A stretch of DNA of 64,000 nt from Dehalococcoidia bacterium (GTDB taxonomy: Bacteria; Chloroflexota; Dehalococcoidia; Bin125), in contig CAXXNO010000004.1 of assembly GCA_963663235.2 (NCBI GenBank), positions 576,001 through 640,000 on the forward strand, read 5' to 3'. Numbering within the stretch: position 1 is the stretch's first letter; the number at the start of each line of letters is the position of its first letter. Positions 33,817 through 43,954 of the stretch are shown in pieces. The position numbers and the translations under genes are program-made. Below the pieces are notes generated by a model. That model did not search any database. It was not told the origin of the DNA and saw only the letters and a list, made by a program, of their open reading frames with translations.

Positions 33817-34548
33817 ATGGCTTCCGCCGCGCTCTCCGTCGATGCCTCGATCGCCCGGCTCGATCTCGCCGGCCCGCTAGACGCCGGCCTGGTGAACCGG
33901 CTGGCGGAGCTCTGCGCGCGCGTCGCGGATGATGAGGCGGTCCGGGTCCTGGTGCTGAGCGCCGATGCGGCGACGTGGGCCGGTTGGTCGGCGCAGGCGC
34001 TCGACCGCGCGGCGGCGGACGGGCTCATCGGCGATCCGCTGCGGCCCCTCGCCGATCTCCCCCAGCCGACGATCGTCGCCCTCGCCGGGACCGTGCGCGA
34101 CGGCGGCTTGGAGCTCGCCCTCTGCGCCGACCTTCGGGTGGCGGGCGTCGGCAGCAGCTTCGCGCTGGCCGCGACCGAATCGCGAGCGTGGCCGATCGCC
34201 GGCGGGTTGCAACGGCTGGCGCGCTTGGTGGGCCGGGCGCGGGCGCAGGAACTGGCGCTGCTGGGGGACCCCATCGACGCCGCCACCGCGCTCCAGTGGG
34301 GCCTGGTGAGCGCGGTCGCGGACGATCCGCCGGCCGAGGCGCTCCGCCGCGCCGCCCTCCTGGCGGCCCGCGGCCCCATCGCTATCCGCTTGGCCAAGGA
34401 GGCGGTCCGGCGCGGCGCGGAGATGCCGCTGGACCAGGCCTTGCGCTATGAGACCGACCTCACCGTCCTGCTCCAGACCACTGAAGATCGGGCCGAGGGG
34501 GTGAGCGCCTTCCTGGAGAAGCGCGCGCCCCATTTCCGGGGTCGCTAG
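33817..34548 (+). CDS. Enoyl-CoA hydratase/isomerase, divergent N-terminus
   Basis: GGLELALCADLR, GGLQRLARLVG, TEDRAEG.AFLEKR. Confidence 0.85.
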   Translation: MASAALSVDASIARLDLAGPLDAGLVNRLAELCARVADDEAVRVLVLSADAATWAGWSAQALDRAAADGLIGDPLRPLADLPQPTIVALAGTVRDGGLELALCADLRVAGVGSSFALAATESRAWPIAGGLQRLARLVGRARAQELALLGDPIDAATALQWGLVSAVADDPPAEALRRAALLAARGPIAIRLAKEAVRRGAEMPLDQALRYETDLTVLLQTTEDRAEGVSAFLEKRAPHFRGR

Positions 34549-34563
34549 CTCCGGGGTCGCTAG
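34535..34563 (+). repeat. Short direct duplication across the stop codon
   Basis: TCCGGGGTCGCTAG twice, 15-bp period. Confidence 0.8.
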
Positions 34564-34644
34564 TTTCGCTCAGTCGGCCCATGCGAGAAGATGCAAGGCG
34601 GCCCGCTCCACTACCCTGGGGCTGGTGCGGGCAGGGAGGCGAGC

Positions 34645-34893
34645 ATGCGCATCATTCTGGACGAGGAGGAGGCCTGGTCGCTGGCCTCGCTGGTCGTCGC
34701 GCAGGTGCTGGATCAGGTGGAGCTCTCGGTCGATACCGCCAAGGCCATCAAGGAATGGCGGCGCCAGCGTGAGGAGGGCACGGAGCCGATGCTCGCCCTC
34801 GCCTTCGGCATGAACGAGGCCCTCGGCAACAAGATCGATGAGCAGACGACGCGCGCGGTCCGCCGCCGCGACTACTACCGCAAGATCTACTAG
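34645..34893 (+). CDS. Small hypothetical protein (paralog A)
   Basis: GGAGG RBS; 82 aa; similar to next ORF. Confidence 0.78.
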   Translation: MRIILDEEEAWSLASLVVAQVLDQVELSVDTAKAIKEWRRQREEGTEPMLALAFGMNEALGNKIDEQTTRAVRRRDYYRKIY

Positions 34894-34934
34894 ACGCTTT
34901 CGCGGGCGGACAACTGCGCTGGACGGGTGAACGC

Positions 34935-35177
34935 ATGGTCAAGATCGCTCTGGAGACGGACGAGTGCTGGGAGCTCATGTCGTGTGTGTTCAATCGCCTG
35001 CTGGATGAAATCGAGATCGACAAGAGCGATCGCGCCAAAATGCGGCGCTGGAAGTCGGGCGATATGAAGGCCGGCGGCGACGAGCTGCGCGCCCTGCAGG
35101 AGAAGATGAACGAGGACCTCGCCAAGCTCTGGCAGTCGCGCCTGCGCCGCCCCATCAAGCGAGGCGACCAGCGCTAG
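34935..35177 (+). CDS. Small hypothetical protein (paralog B)
   Basis: 80 aa; similar to previous ORF. Confidence 0.78.
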   Translation: MVKIALETDECWELMSCVFNRLLDEIEIDKSDRAKMRRWKSGDMKAGGDELRALQEKMNEDLAKLWQSRLRRPIKRGDQR

Positions 35178-35181
35178 CCCC

Positions 35182-35934
35182 ATGACGGAACAGGACAGCG
35201 CCCCGCTCCTCTATGAGAAGCGCGAGCCCGGCGTCGCCTGGATCACGCTGAACCGCCCCGACACGCTCAACGCCATCAACCTGGCCATGCGCGACGACCT
35301 CTGGACTTTCCTCCACGCCGCCCGCGAGGACCCCGACGTGCGCGTGCTCTGCTTCCGCGGCGCTTCGCCGCGCGCCTTCTCCGCCGGCGCGGATCTCACC
35401 GAGTTCGGCACGGCGCCTTCGCCCTGGGCTGCCCGTCGTGCCCGGCAGGAGCGGGACATCTGGGCGCTGCTGGAGGGCCTGCCACTGGTCACCATCGCCG
35501 CGCTGCACGGCTACTGCTACGGCGCTGGGGCCGAGTTGTCACTCTTCTGCGATCTCCGCATCGCGGCGGACGATGTCCGCATCGCCCTGCCGGAGGTGAA
35601 GCTGGGCTACATTCCCTCGGCGGGCGGGACGCAGTTGCTCCCGCGCATGATGCCTCCGGGAATCGCCTTGGATCGGATCCTGAGCGGGGAGGAGATCTCG
35701 GCGCAGGAGGCGCTGGCTTGGGGTCTGGTCAACCGCGTGGTGCCCCGCCACGATCTCGATGCGACCGTGACCGAGATCGCGCGCACCCTGGCCGCCCGCG
35801 ATCCGGCAGTCCTCGATGCGATGAAGCGCGCCGTCCGCGACGGCTTGGACCTCCCGCTTCACGCTGCCATCCACCGGGATGCGCTCACCGCGCGCCTCCT
35901 GCGGGCCGGGACTGGACAGACCGCCTCCGCCTGA
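35182..35934 (+). CDS. Enoyl-CoA hydratase/isomerase
   Basis: LNRPDTLNA, AFSAGADL, GAGAEL, LPEVKLG..P..GGTQ. Confidence 0.92.
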   Translation: MTEQDSAPLLYEKREPGVAWITLNRPDTLNAINLAMRDDLWTFLHAAREDPDVRVLCFRGASPRAFSAGADLTEFGTAPSPWAARRARQERDIWALLEGLPLVTIAALHGYCYGAGAELSLFCDLRIAADDVRIALPEVKLGYIPSAGGTQLLPRMMPPGIALDRILSGEEISAQEALAWGLVNRVVPRHDLDATVTEIARTLAARDPAVLDAMKRAVRDGLDLPLHAAIHRDALTARLLRAGTGQTASA

Positions 35935-35993
35935 CGACCATTACGGGCGGCGTCGACCGCCACGATGCGGCCGGCGCGCCGGGAGCTGCGCTG

Positions 35994-37556
35994 ATGAACA
36001 CCGCCGAGTTTCTGGACATCTCCTCCGCCGTGGTGCCGGATCGCCCGGCCTTGATCTGCGGGGAGACGCAGCGCACCTACATGGAGATGGCCGCCGAGGT
36101 GACACGCCTCGCCAACGCTTTCCAGGCGCTGGGCTTGGGCAGAGGCGACCATGTGGGCGTGCTCGGCCTGAACTCCGCCGAATACGTGATGATCTACTAC
36201 GCCGGCGCCAAGCTCGGGATCGTCCTCGTTCCGCTGAACTACCGCGCCAAGCACGAAGAGCTCACCTACATGATCAGCACCGCCGAGGTGAAGGCGCTCT
36301 TCGTGTCGGACCGCTATGCCGAGCTGCTGGAGGGACTGCGGCCGCAGCTGCAGTCCCTCGTCCACTGCGTGACGATCGAGACGGCGCGGGACGGCATGCT
36401 GCACTACCCCGATCTCGTCGCCGGCGGCAGCGATGACTTTGTCTTCGCCGAGGTCGACGACGCCGATCCCACGATCCTCATGTTCACCTCCGGCACCACC
36501 GCCGCGCCCAAGGGCGTGGTGGTCTCCTACCAGGATTTCACAGTCTACGTCACCAACACCATGGCCCCCGCCGACCCCGAGGCGCCCAACGATCGCACCC
36601 TGCTCAGCGTGCCGCTGTTTCACATCGCCGGCGCCACCGCCATGATCTCCTCGATCTGGGGCGGCCGGACGCTGGTGCTGCTGCCCCAGTTCACGCCGGA
36701 GGGCTGGATCGAGGCGGTGGACGGCCGCGGGGTGACGCACAGCATGGTGGTGCCCACAATGCTCAAGCGCATCATGGACGCGCCGCAGTTTGCGGACTTC
36801 AAGGGAGAGGCGCTCCGCCTGATCACCTACGGCGCGGCGCCCATGCCCTATGAGGTCGTGCGCCGCGCCATCAACGTGTTCGACTGCGACCTGATGAACG
36901 CCTACGGCCAGACGGAGTCCACCTCCACCGTCACCTTCCTCGGCCCCGACGACCACCGCCTGGACGGAGCCCCGGAGGAGAACGACCTCAAGCTGAAACG
37001 CCTCCGATCCGTGGGCCGCCCCATGGAGGACGTCACCATCACCATCCAGGACCCTGACGGCAACATCCTGGCGCCCGGCGAGGAGGGCGAGATCTGCGTG
37101 ATGTCCGATCGCAATATGGCCGGCTACTACAAGCAGGACGACGCCACCAGCGAGGCCATCCGCGAAGGCTGGCTGCACACCGGCGACGTCGGCTACCTGG
37201 ATGACGGCGACTACCTCTTCATCACCGGCCGCACAAAGGACCTGATCATCCGCGGCGGGGAGAACGTCGCTCCCGGCGAGATCGAGCAGGTGCTGGAGGA
37301 TCACCCCGGGGTCGCGGAAGCGGCCGTCATCGGTGTGCCGGATGCCGAGTGGGGAGAGGTCGTCAAGGCGATCATCGTCCCGGTTGCCGGTCTGGAGCCG
37401 ACGCTGGACGATCTCGTCGCGTATGCCAAAGACCGGCTCGCTAGCTACAAGGCCCCCGCCTATGTTGCCCTGGTCCAGGAGCTGCCGCGCAATGACATGG
37501 GCAAGCTGCTGAAGAACGATCTCCGCAAGCTCCACGGCGACGCGGACTCCAACTAG
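35994..37556 (+). CDS. Long-chain fatty acid-CoA ligase (AMP-binding)
   Basis: FTSGTTAAPKG, YGQTE, GWLHTGD, GRTKDLIIRGGEN, GKLLK. Confidence 0.93.
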   Translation: MNTAEFLDISSAVVPDRPALICGETQRTYMEMAAEVTRLANAFQALGLGRGDHVGVLGLNSAEYVMIYYAGAKLGIVLVPLNYRAKHEELTYMISTAEVKALFVSDRYAELLEGLRPQLQSLVHCVTIETARDGMLHYPDLVAGGSDDFVFAEVDDADPTILMFTSGTTAAPKGVVVSYQDFTVYVTNTMAPADPEAPNDRTLLSVPLFHIAGATAMISSIWGGRTLVLLPQFTPEGWIEAVDGRGVTHSMVVPTMLKRIMDAPQFADFKGEALRLITYGAAPMPYEVVRRAINVFDCDLMNAYGQTESTSTVTFLGPDDHRLDGAPEENDLKLKRLRSVGRPMEDVTITIQDPDGNILAPGEEGEICVMSDRNMAGYYKQDDATSEAIREGWLHTGDVGYLDDGDYLFITGRTKDLIIRGGENVAPGEIEQVLEDHPGVAEAAVIGVPDAEWGEVVKAIIVPVAGLEPTLDDLVAYAKDRLASYKAPAYVALVQELPRNDMGKLLKNDLRKLHGDADSN

Positions 37557-37590
37557 GGAGCGCGGTCGCGGACGCCGGGAACGGACGCCG

Positions 37591-39795
37591 ATGAGGAAGC
37601 CGCGCCTGCGCGCTGCCCGACGCCGCAGACGGCCCGCTGCCGCCGAGGGCAAACGGACCCTCGGGCTGGCCATTCCCCTCTGGTTGCCCGTCGGCGGGCT
37701 CTTGCTGGTGGCGGCCGTGGAGACCGGCCGCATCGACGGGCCCCATCGCGATCTCTTCTTCAACATCGATCATTTCTGGATCCTCTACGCCCTGCTCCCC
37801 CTCCTCGCTGCGGTGATCATCTACGGCCCCCTGCGACGCTCCCGCGTCTGGCGCCTCGGCCGGCCCGAGTTCAAGCTGGACCACCCCCGCCAACGTTTCC
37901 GCCTCATGCTGCGCGGCGGCTTCGGCACTCAGCGCGTCCTCAACGACCCCTACTCCGGCGTGATGCATCTCTGCTTGATGTCCAGCATCGTGGTGCTCTT
38001 TCTCGTCACCGCGCTGCTCGCGCTGGATGACTACCTCCCGGACGAGCACGTCCGCATCCTTGTGGGCGACCGCTACCTGGGCTATTCGCTGGTCGGCGAT
38101 CTCTTCGGCATCGTGGGACTGGTCGGCGTCGCTATGGCGGTGGCGCATCGCTGGGTGCGGCCGCGCACCCGCTTGGAGATGCGTTGGGAGGATTGGGCCA
38201 TCGTCGGGGGCTTCGGGCTCTTGCTGGTCACCGGCTTCCTGGTTGAGGGGCTGCGGATCGCCGCCTCCGAGATCGCTGAGCACGAGAGCTGGTCCTACTG
38301 GTCGCCGGGCGGCTGGGTGGTGGCCAAGATGTTTAGCACGGCCTCCACCGGCTACCTGCTGGACTTCCACAAGGTGCTCTGGTGGTTCCACATGGTGCTG
38401 GCGCTCGGTTGGCTCGGCTTGCTCGGCTTCACCAAGCTCAATCATCTCGTCTCCGCGCCGGTGAACGCCTTCCTCAAGAGCACCGAGTCCCCCGGCAAAC
38501 TGCCCCTGATCGCCAACATCGAAGAAGCGGAGCACTTCGGCGCCGCCAACCTCTCCCACTTCACCATGAAGCAGCTCTTTGAGCTGGATGTCTGCGTCCA
38601 CTGCGGCCGCTGCACGGCCGAATGCCCGGCCGATATCGCCGGCCAACCGCTCTCGCCGATGCACATCATCCTCAACTTGAAGGACCACGCCACCGACGTG
38701 GGCGAACGCATGGCCGCCAACCGAGCGCAGGGTCGCCCGCTGGACGCCGGTCTGGAGGACGCCCCGGCTATGGTCGGCGACGTCATCAAGGATGAATCGC
38801 TCTGGGCCTGCCGCACCTGTGGCGCCTGCGTGGAGGAATGCCCGGTCTTCATCGAGCACATCCCCACCATCGTCGACATGCGTCGCAACCTGGTGATGGA
38901 GGAGGCGCGCATGCCCGAGTCCGTGCAGAGCACGCTGGAGATGCTGGAGCGGCAGGGTCACCCCTGGCGCGGCACTGCCTACACGCGGGAGTCCTGGATG
39001 GACGGGCTCGATGTCCCCCTCTGGACGGGCGAGCAGGAATACCTCTTCTTCGTCGGCTGCTCGGGCGCGCTCGTCGACCGCGCCCAGGCGGCCACGCGTT
39101 CGGTGGTACGCCTCTTGCGCCAGGCGGGGCTCTCCTTTGGCGTGTTGGGCGCCGGCGAACTCTGCAACGGCGACCCCGCCCGCCGCCTGGGCAACGAATA
39201 TCTCTTTCAGATCCTGGCGAAGCAGTTGATCGGCGCGCTCGATGGCGCGGGCGTGACGAAGATCGTGACCCACTGCCCCCACTGCTTCAATACGTTCAAG
39301 AACGAATATCCGGACCTGGGCGGCCGCTACGAGGTAATCCACCACTCCGTGCTCTTGGAGCGCTTGCTCGATGAGGGAAAGCTCGTACCCAAGACCGGAG
39401 AGGCGCAGACCGTGACCTTCCACGACTCCTGCTACCTCGGCCGCCACAACGACATCTACGACGCCCCCCGCCGCATCCTGGAGCGCATCCCCAACGTCAC
39501 CCTCGTGGAGATGCCGCGCAACCGCGAGCACGGGCTCTGCTGTGGCGCGGGGGGCGGCAACATGTGGATGGAAGAGCAAGGCCGGGAGCGCGTGAACGAG
39601 GTGCGCGTGCGGGAGGCGGTCGAGACCGGCGCCGACAAGGCCTGCACCGCCTGTCCGTTCTGCATCCAGATGTTCGACTCCGGCATCCCCACGGTGCAGA
39701 TGGACGTCGATCCGGCCCAGCGCCTCGAAGTCTTCGACGTCTCCGAATTCCTCGATGTCGCCACGCCGGACGATGCGACCCCGGAATCCGGCTGA
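37591..39795 (+). CDS. Membrane Fe-S oxidoreductase, FadF/EtfD type (cytochrome b-like TM domain, two [4Fe-4S], two CCG domains)
   Basis: CVHCGRCTAECP, CRTCGACVEECP, CPHC, HDSCYLGR, CCGAGG, ACPFC; adjacent to etfBA; true start may be downstream. Confidence 0.88.
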   Translation: MRKPRLRAARRRRRPAAAEGKRTLGLAIPLWLPVGGLLLVAAVETGRIDGPHRDLFFNIDHFWILYALLPLLAAVIIYGPLRRSRVWRLGRPEFKLDHPRQRFRLMLRGGFGTQRVLNDPYSGVMHLCLMSSIVVLFLVTALLALDDYLPDEHVRILVGDRYLGYSLVGDLFGIVGLVGVAMAVAHRWVRPRTRLEMRWEDWAIVGGFGLLLVTGFLVEGLRIAASEIAEHESWSYWSPGGWVVAKMFSTASTGYLLDFHKVLWWFHMVLALGWLGLLGFTKLNHLVSAPVNAFLKSTESPGKLPLIANIEEAEHFGAANLSHFTMKQLFELDVCVHCGRCTAECPADIAGQPLSPMHIILNLKDHATDVGERMAANRAQGRPLDAGLEDAPAMVGDVIKDESLWACRTCGACVEECPVFIEHIPTIVDMRRNLVMEEARMPESVQSTLEMLERQGHPWRGTAYTRESWMDGLDVPLWTGEQEYLFFVGCSGALVDRAQAATRSVVRLLRQAGLSFGVLGAGELCNGDPARRLGNEYLFQILAKQLIGALDGAGVTKIVTHCPHCFNTFKNEYPDLGGRYEVIHHSVLLERLLDEGKLVPKTGEAQTVTFHDSCYLGRHNDIYDAPRRILERIPNVTLVEMPRNREHGLCCGAGGGNMWMEEQGRERVNEVRVREAVETGADKACTACPFCIQMFDSGIPTVQMDVDPAQRLEVFDVSEFLDVATPDDATPESG

Positions 39796-39876
39796 CCCGC
39801 TTCGATTGATCCCGCGTCCGCCTCGGGCGACAATCCGGAGGCGCTCGCAAGACGGACGCAACAAAGGAGTGCCGCC

Positions 39877-40680
39877 GTGGACGCTGTCGTCTGCGTGAAG
39901 CAGATCCTGGACCCGGAGATGCCCGCCTCCGCCTTCAAGGTGGATGAGACGACCATGACCGTCGTGCCGCCGCCGGGCGTCCAGCCCGTGATCAGCCCCT
40001 TCGACGCCCAGGCGCTCGAGGCCGCCCTCCAGCTTCGCGACGCCGCGGGCGCCGGCGCCATCAGCGTCCTCTCCCTGGGGCCGGATTCCGCCCGCGACGC
40101 CATCAAGCACGGCTTGGCCATGGGCGCCGACGAGGGCTACCACCTCAACGACCCCGCCTTCGAAGGGGGAGACGCCTGGACCACGGCGTTGGCGCTGTCG
40201 AAAGCCATCGAGAAGATCGGCCGGCCGGACGTGCTGCTCTTCGGCCGCCAGGCGGCCGATTGGGACCTGGGGCAGACAGGCAGCATCGTGGCCGAACTGC
40301 TTGACCTGCCCTCCGTGACCGTTCTCCGCTCCGTACAGTGGAACGACGGGCGCATCACCGCTTCCCGCGTCGTGAGCGACGGGTTCGAGACCGTGGATGT
40401 CTCGACTCCCTGCGTGCTCACCATCAGCAATGAATTCGGCGATCCCCGCTACCCGCAGCTCCGCCAGATCATGCAGGCCGCCAAGAAGCAGGTCACGATC
40501 TGGGGCCCGGCCGACCTCGGCCTGGACCCGGGCGCGGTCGGCGCCGCCGGCGCCCGCACGAAGATGGAGGCGTTCTTCGTTCCCGAGCACGAGGCGCAGT
40601 GCGAGTTCGTCGAAGGCGATTCACCCGAAGAGATGGCCCAGAACCTGGCGCAGAAGCTGCGCCAGGCCAAGATCATCTGA
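39877..40680 (+). CDS. etfB: Electron transfer flavoprotein beta subunit
   Basis: VCVKQI.D, ALEAAL, LAMGAD, GRQAAD, PRYP. Confidence 0.95.
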   Translation: MDAVVCVKQILDPEMPASAFKVDETTMTVVPPPGVQPVISPFDAQALEAALQLRDAAGAGAISVLSLGPDSARDAIKHGLAMGADEGYHLNDPAFEGGDAWTTALALSKAIEKIGRPDVLLFGRQAADWDLGQTGSIVAELLDLPSVTVLRSVQWNDGRITASRVVSDGFETVDVSTPCVLTISNEFGDPRYPQLRQIMQAAKKQVTIWGPADLGLDPGAVGAAGARTKMEAFFVPEHEAQCEFVEGDSPEEMAQNLAQKLRQAKII

Positions 40681-40705
40681 CGCTGCCCAGGACGAAGGAG
40701 CAACA

Positions 40706-41686
40706 ATGGCAAGTGTCCTGGTCCTTGGCGAAACGGCGGATGGCGGTTTGACGGCGCTCAGCGCGGAATTGATCGGCGCCGCCTTCCGGCTCAGCGGCGA
40801 CCTCGACGGCGGCGTCTCTTGCGCGCTCATCGGCAGCGGAACGGCGGACGCCGCTCCGGCCGCCGTGGCGGCAGGCGCCGACACCGTCTATGTCGTCGAT
40901 GACTCTGCCCTCGCGCAGTATCAGACGGAGACGTTCGTCCCCGTCGCAGCGCAGATCGTGGAGCAGGACGCGCCCCAGGTCGTGCTCATGGGCCAGACCA
41001 GCATCGGCCGCGACGCCGCCCCGCGTCTCGCCACCCGCCTCGATACCGCCGCTGCCATGGACGCCGTGGAGCTGTCCGTGGACGGCGGCCGTGTGCGCGT
41101 CACGCGCCCCTGCTTCGGCGGCAACGCGCGCCAGGTGGTGACCATCGCCACCGCTCCCCAGGTGGTGACCGTCCGCGCCAAGTCGCAGGATCCGCTGGAG
41201 CCGGACCCCACGCGCACCGGCGCCGTCACCCAGGTGGCCGTGGACCTGGTGTCGCCGCGCGCGACGGTCACGGCCAAGGAGGAGGCGCAATCAGAGGGCG
41301 TGCCGCTGAACGCGGCGGACATCGTGATCGCTGGGGGCCGCGGCCTCGGCGCGCCTGAGGCGTTCCATGACCTGGAGGAGCTGGCGCAGATCATGGGCGC
41401 CGCCGTCGGGGCCAGCCGCGCCGCCTGCGACTTGGGCTGGTACCCGCCCAGCCAGCAGGTCGGGCTGACCGGCACCGTGGTCTCACCGACGCTCTACCTC
41501 GCCATCGCCATCAGCGGCGCCAGCCAGCACATGGCGGGCTGCGGCGGCAGCAAGAACATCGTCGCCATCAACAAGGACGTCGACGCCAACATCTTCGGCT
41601 TCTGCCGCTTCGGCGTGGTCGAGGATTATAAGAAGGTGCTGCCGGCGCTCACCGACGCGATCCGTCGCTTGCTGGCCGTGCGTTAG
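40706..41686 (+). CDS. etfA: Electron transfer flavoprotein alpha subunit
   Basis: GGRGLG, GASRAA, QVGLTG, ISGASQH, AINKD. Confidence 0.95.
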   Translation: MASVLVLGETADGGLTALSAELIGAAFRLSGDLDGGVSCALIGSGTADAAPAAVAAGADTVYVVDDSALAQYQTETFVPVAAQIVEQDAPQVVLMGQTSIGRDAAPRLATRLDTAAAMDAVELSVDGGRVRVTRPCFGGNARQVVTIATAPQVVTVRAKSQDPLEPDPTRTGAVTQVAVDLVSPRATVTAKEEAQSEGVPLNAADIVIAGGRGLGAPEAFHDLEELAQIMGAAVGASRAACDLGWYPPSQQVGLTGTVVSPTLYLAIAISGASQHMAGCGGSKNIVAINKDVDANIFGFCRFGVVEDYKKVLPALTDAIRRLLAVR

Positions 41687-42156
41687 TCCCCCCGCGCCTT
41701 GCGCCAGGCGCGGATCTCCGACGCATGCTCCAGGTCGTGCTCAATGAACCCCTCGGCCAGGTCGTCGGCCGAGATGATCTTGTCGCCCAGGCGGTACTGC
41801 GCTCGGCTTCGTTCCGCGTCGGTCATGGTGGCCATCTCACACAGAAACGGCATGCGGAAGGCGCGCATCGCCTGGCGGATCTCCGCGAAGGGGGTCTGTG
41901 CATAGCGGGCCGTCGCCAGCCGGATCATTGTGGCTTCGTCGGGCAGCTCAGCCGTCTCACCGCGTCGCAGCGCGTCCAGGACGTCGCCCGCCCAGCTGTC
42001 CCAGACCGCGATGTGCGCCATGACCTGCCGGATGCTCCGCGCGCCGACCACGTTCGGCTCATCCAGGAGTTCCACCGGCAGACCGGCGAAGCTGTGCAGC
42101 AACTGTTCGCGGGCGTCCTCGAGATCCGCGGTGCTGCTCAACGCTTCGACGGTCAT
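41683..42156 (-). CDS. DinB/DUF1706-like protein
   Basis: SIRQVMAHIAVWD, HDLEH. Confidence 0.78.
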   Translation of the reverse strand: MTVEALSSTADLEDAREQLLHSFAGLPVELLDEPNVVGARSIRQVMAHIAVWDSWAGDVLDALRRGETAELPDEATMIRLATARYAQTPFAEIRQAMRAFRMPFLCEMATMTDAERSRAQYRLGDKIISADDLAEGFIEHDLEHASEIRAWRKARGD

Positions 42157-42311
42157 TCGGCCTCCCTGCGGACCGCGGCGCACGGCGGGATCGGGCGCTC
42201 GCGCCGCTCTTGCCGGCACTCCTATTGTGCCACCTGGCCGCCGCCTTTCGGCGCCCGTTCTGACAGCGACGCTACACAGCCGGCGGCGGGTGCGCCGCCG
42301 TGGCTCGCGCC

Positions 42312-42341
42312 TTGACCCCCCAAATCGACGGTTGCTAGCAT
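42312..42341 (+). promoter_or_regulatory. Putative sigma70 promoter for the coaE-cbbQ operon
   Basis: TTGACC-N18-TAGCAT with TG extension. Confidence 0.5.
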
Positions 42342-42404
42342 CGGCCCGAGGCCCGCGCGGGCCTTGCTTGCTATTGAGCGATTGCTGTCCAGCGAGGTGT
42401 CTGT

Positions 42405-43016
42405 TTGCACGTGATCGGACTGACCGGGGGGATCGGGACGGGCAAGTCGACGGTCTCGTCCATGCTGGCCCAGCCCGGCGCCGCCGTGGTCGACGCCGAT
42501 CGCTTGGGCCACCGCACGTATGAGCCCGGTACCGCGACGTTCCGCCAGGTGCGCGAGCGCTTTGGTCCGGAAGTCGTCGCCGCGGACGGCGCCATCGACC
42601 GGCGGGTCCTGGGCGAGAAGGTCTTCGGTCGCCCGGAGCAGATGAGCCGCCTGACGGCTATCGTCTGGCCGGCCATCCGCTCCCTGGCCCAGGACGAGAT
42701 CCGGCGCTTGGCGGCGGACGGCATGGAAGTCGTGGTGCTGGAGGCGGCCGTGCTGATCGAGGCCGGCTGGCAGGATCTCGCCGACGAGGTCTGGGTGGTG
42801 ACGGCCCCGCCGGAGGTGGCGCGGGAGCGGTTGATGCAGCGCAACGCTCTGAGCGCGGCGGAGGCCGATCGTCGGATCGCCTCGCAAGTGAGTGACGAGG
42901 ATCGCCTGGCGCACGCGGACGTGGTCCTCAACAACGACGGCTCCCTGGACCACGTGCGCGAATTGGTCCAGGCGCAGTGGCGGGCGCTCCAGGAGCGTCT
43001 GGCGCCCGTGCGCTAG
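42405..43016 (+). CDS. coaE: Dephospho-CoA kinase
   Basis: [28 protein letters not shown]. Confidence 0.94.
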   Translation: MHVIGLTGGIGTGKSTVSSMLAQPGAAVVDADRLGHRTYEPGTATFRQVRERFGPEVVAADGAIDRRVLGEKVFGRPEQMSRLTAIVWPAIRSLAQDEIRRLAADGMEVVVLEAAVLIEAGWQDLADEVWVVTAPPEVARERLMQRNALSAAEADRRIASQVSDEDRLAHADVVLNNDGSLDHVRELVQAQWRALQERLAPVR

Positions 43017-43030
43017 GTGAGGAGGCGGGG

Positions 43031-43927
43031 ATGACGTCGCAGGCGGAAACCCCGATCACGGAGTACAGGTCCTGGGCGGTTGAAGAGTTCCGCTTTGAAG
43101 AGGAGCCCTACTACGTCCCTGTCGCCGACGAGGTGGAACTCTTCCGCGCCGCCTGGGAGGCCAAGATCCCCGTCTTGCTCAAGGGCCCCACGGGCTGCGG
43201 CAAGACCCGCTTCGTGGAGTACATGGCCTTCCACCTCAGCCGCCCGGTGGTCGTGATGCACAAGGGGAAGCGGGAGGTCGCGCAGGAGAGCAGCTTGCCG
43301 CTGGTGACCATCGCCTGCCACGAGGATCTCACCGCCAGTGACCTGGTGGGGCGCTATCTGCTGGAGGGCGAAGAGACCGTTTGGATCGATGGCCCGCTCA
43401 CGCGCGCCGTCAAGGCCGGCGCCATCTGCTACCTCGATGAAATCGTGGAAGCGCGCAAGGACACCACCGTCCTCATCCACCCGCTGACGGATCACCGACG
43501 GATCTTGCCGGTGGAGAAACGGTCGGAGCTCCTCCAAGCGCGCGACGGCTTCTTGCTGGTGATCTCCTTCAATCCCGGCTACCAGAGCGCGATCAAGGAT
43601 CTCAAGCACAGCACTCGGCAGCGGTTCATCGCCATCGAGTTCGGCTATCCGTCCCGGGAAATCGAAGCGGAAATCGTCGCGCACGAATCCGGGGTGGACC
43701 ACGAGCACGCGCTTAGCCTGGCGAAGCTGGGAGAGAAGATCCGCAATCTCCGCGAGCACGGGCTCAGTGAAGGCGCCAGCACCCGTCTGCTGATCTACGC
43801 CGGTCGCTTGATCCGCAGCGGCATCCCGCCGCGCCGCGCTTGCCAGGTGGCGATTGTCTGGTCGCTCACGGACGATGCCGATGTCCAGCGCAGCGTCGAA
43901 GAGGTCGTCACGTCGATTTTCGAGTGA
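43031..43927 (+). CDS. CbbQ/NirQ/NorQ-family MoxR AAA+ ATPase
   Basis: [63 protein letters not shown]. Confidence 0.93.
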   Translation: MTSQAETPITEYRSWAVEEFRFEEEPYYVPVADEVELFRAAWEAKIPVLLKGPTGCGKTRFVEYMAFHLSRPVVVMHKGKREVAQESSLPLVTIACHEDLTASDLVGRYLLEGEETVWIDGPLTRAVKAGAICYLDEIVEARKDTTVLIHPLTDHRRILPVEKRSELLQARDGFLLVISFNPGYQSAIKDLKHSTRQRFIAIEFGYPSREIEAEIVAHESGVDHEHALSLAKLGEKIRNLREHGLSEGASTRLLIYAGRLIRSGIPPRRACQVAIVWSLTDDADVQRSVEEVVTSIFE

Positions 43928-43954
43928 CCGGCGCGGCGGCGCGGGAGGGCGCGC

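Noticed and set aside
37441-40590. Long antisense ORFs (also 58715..61912, 44464..47178, 19005..20978, 35859..37766)
   Set aside because: Shadow frames of well-supported genes on the opposite strand, expected at high GC; no recognisable motifs
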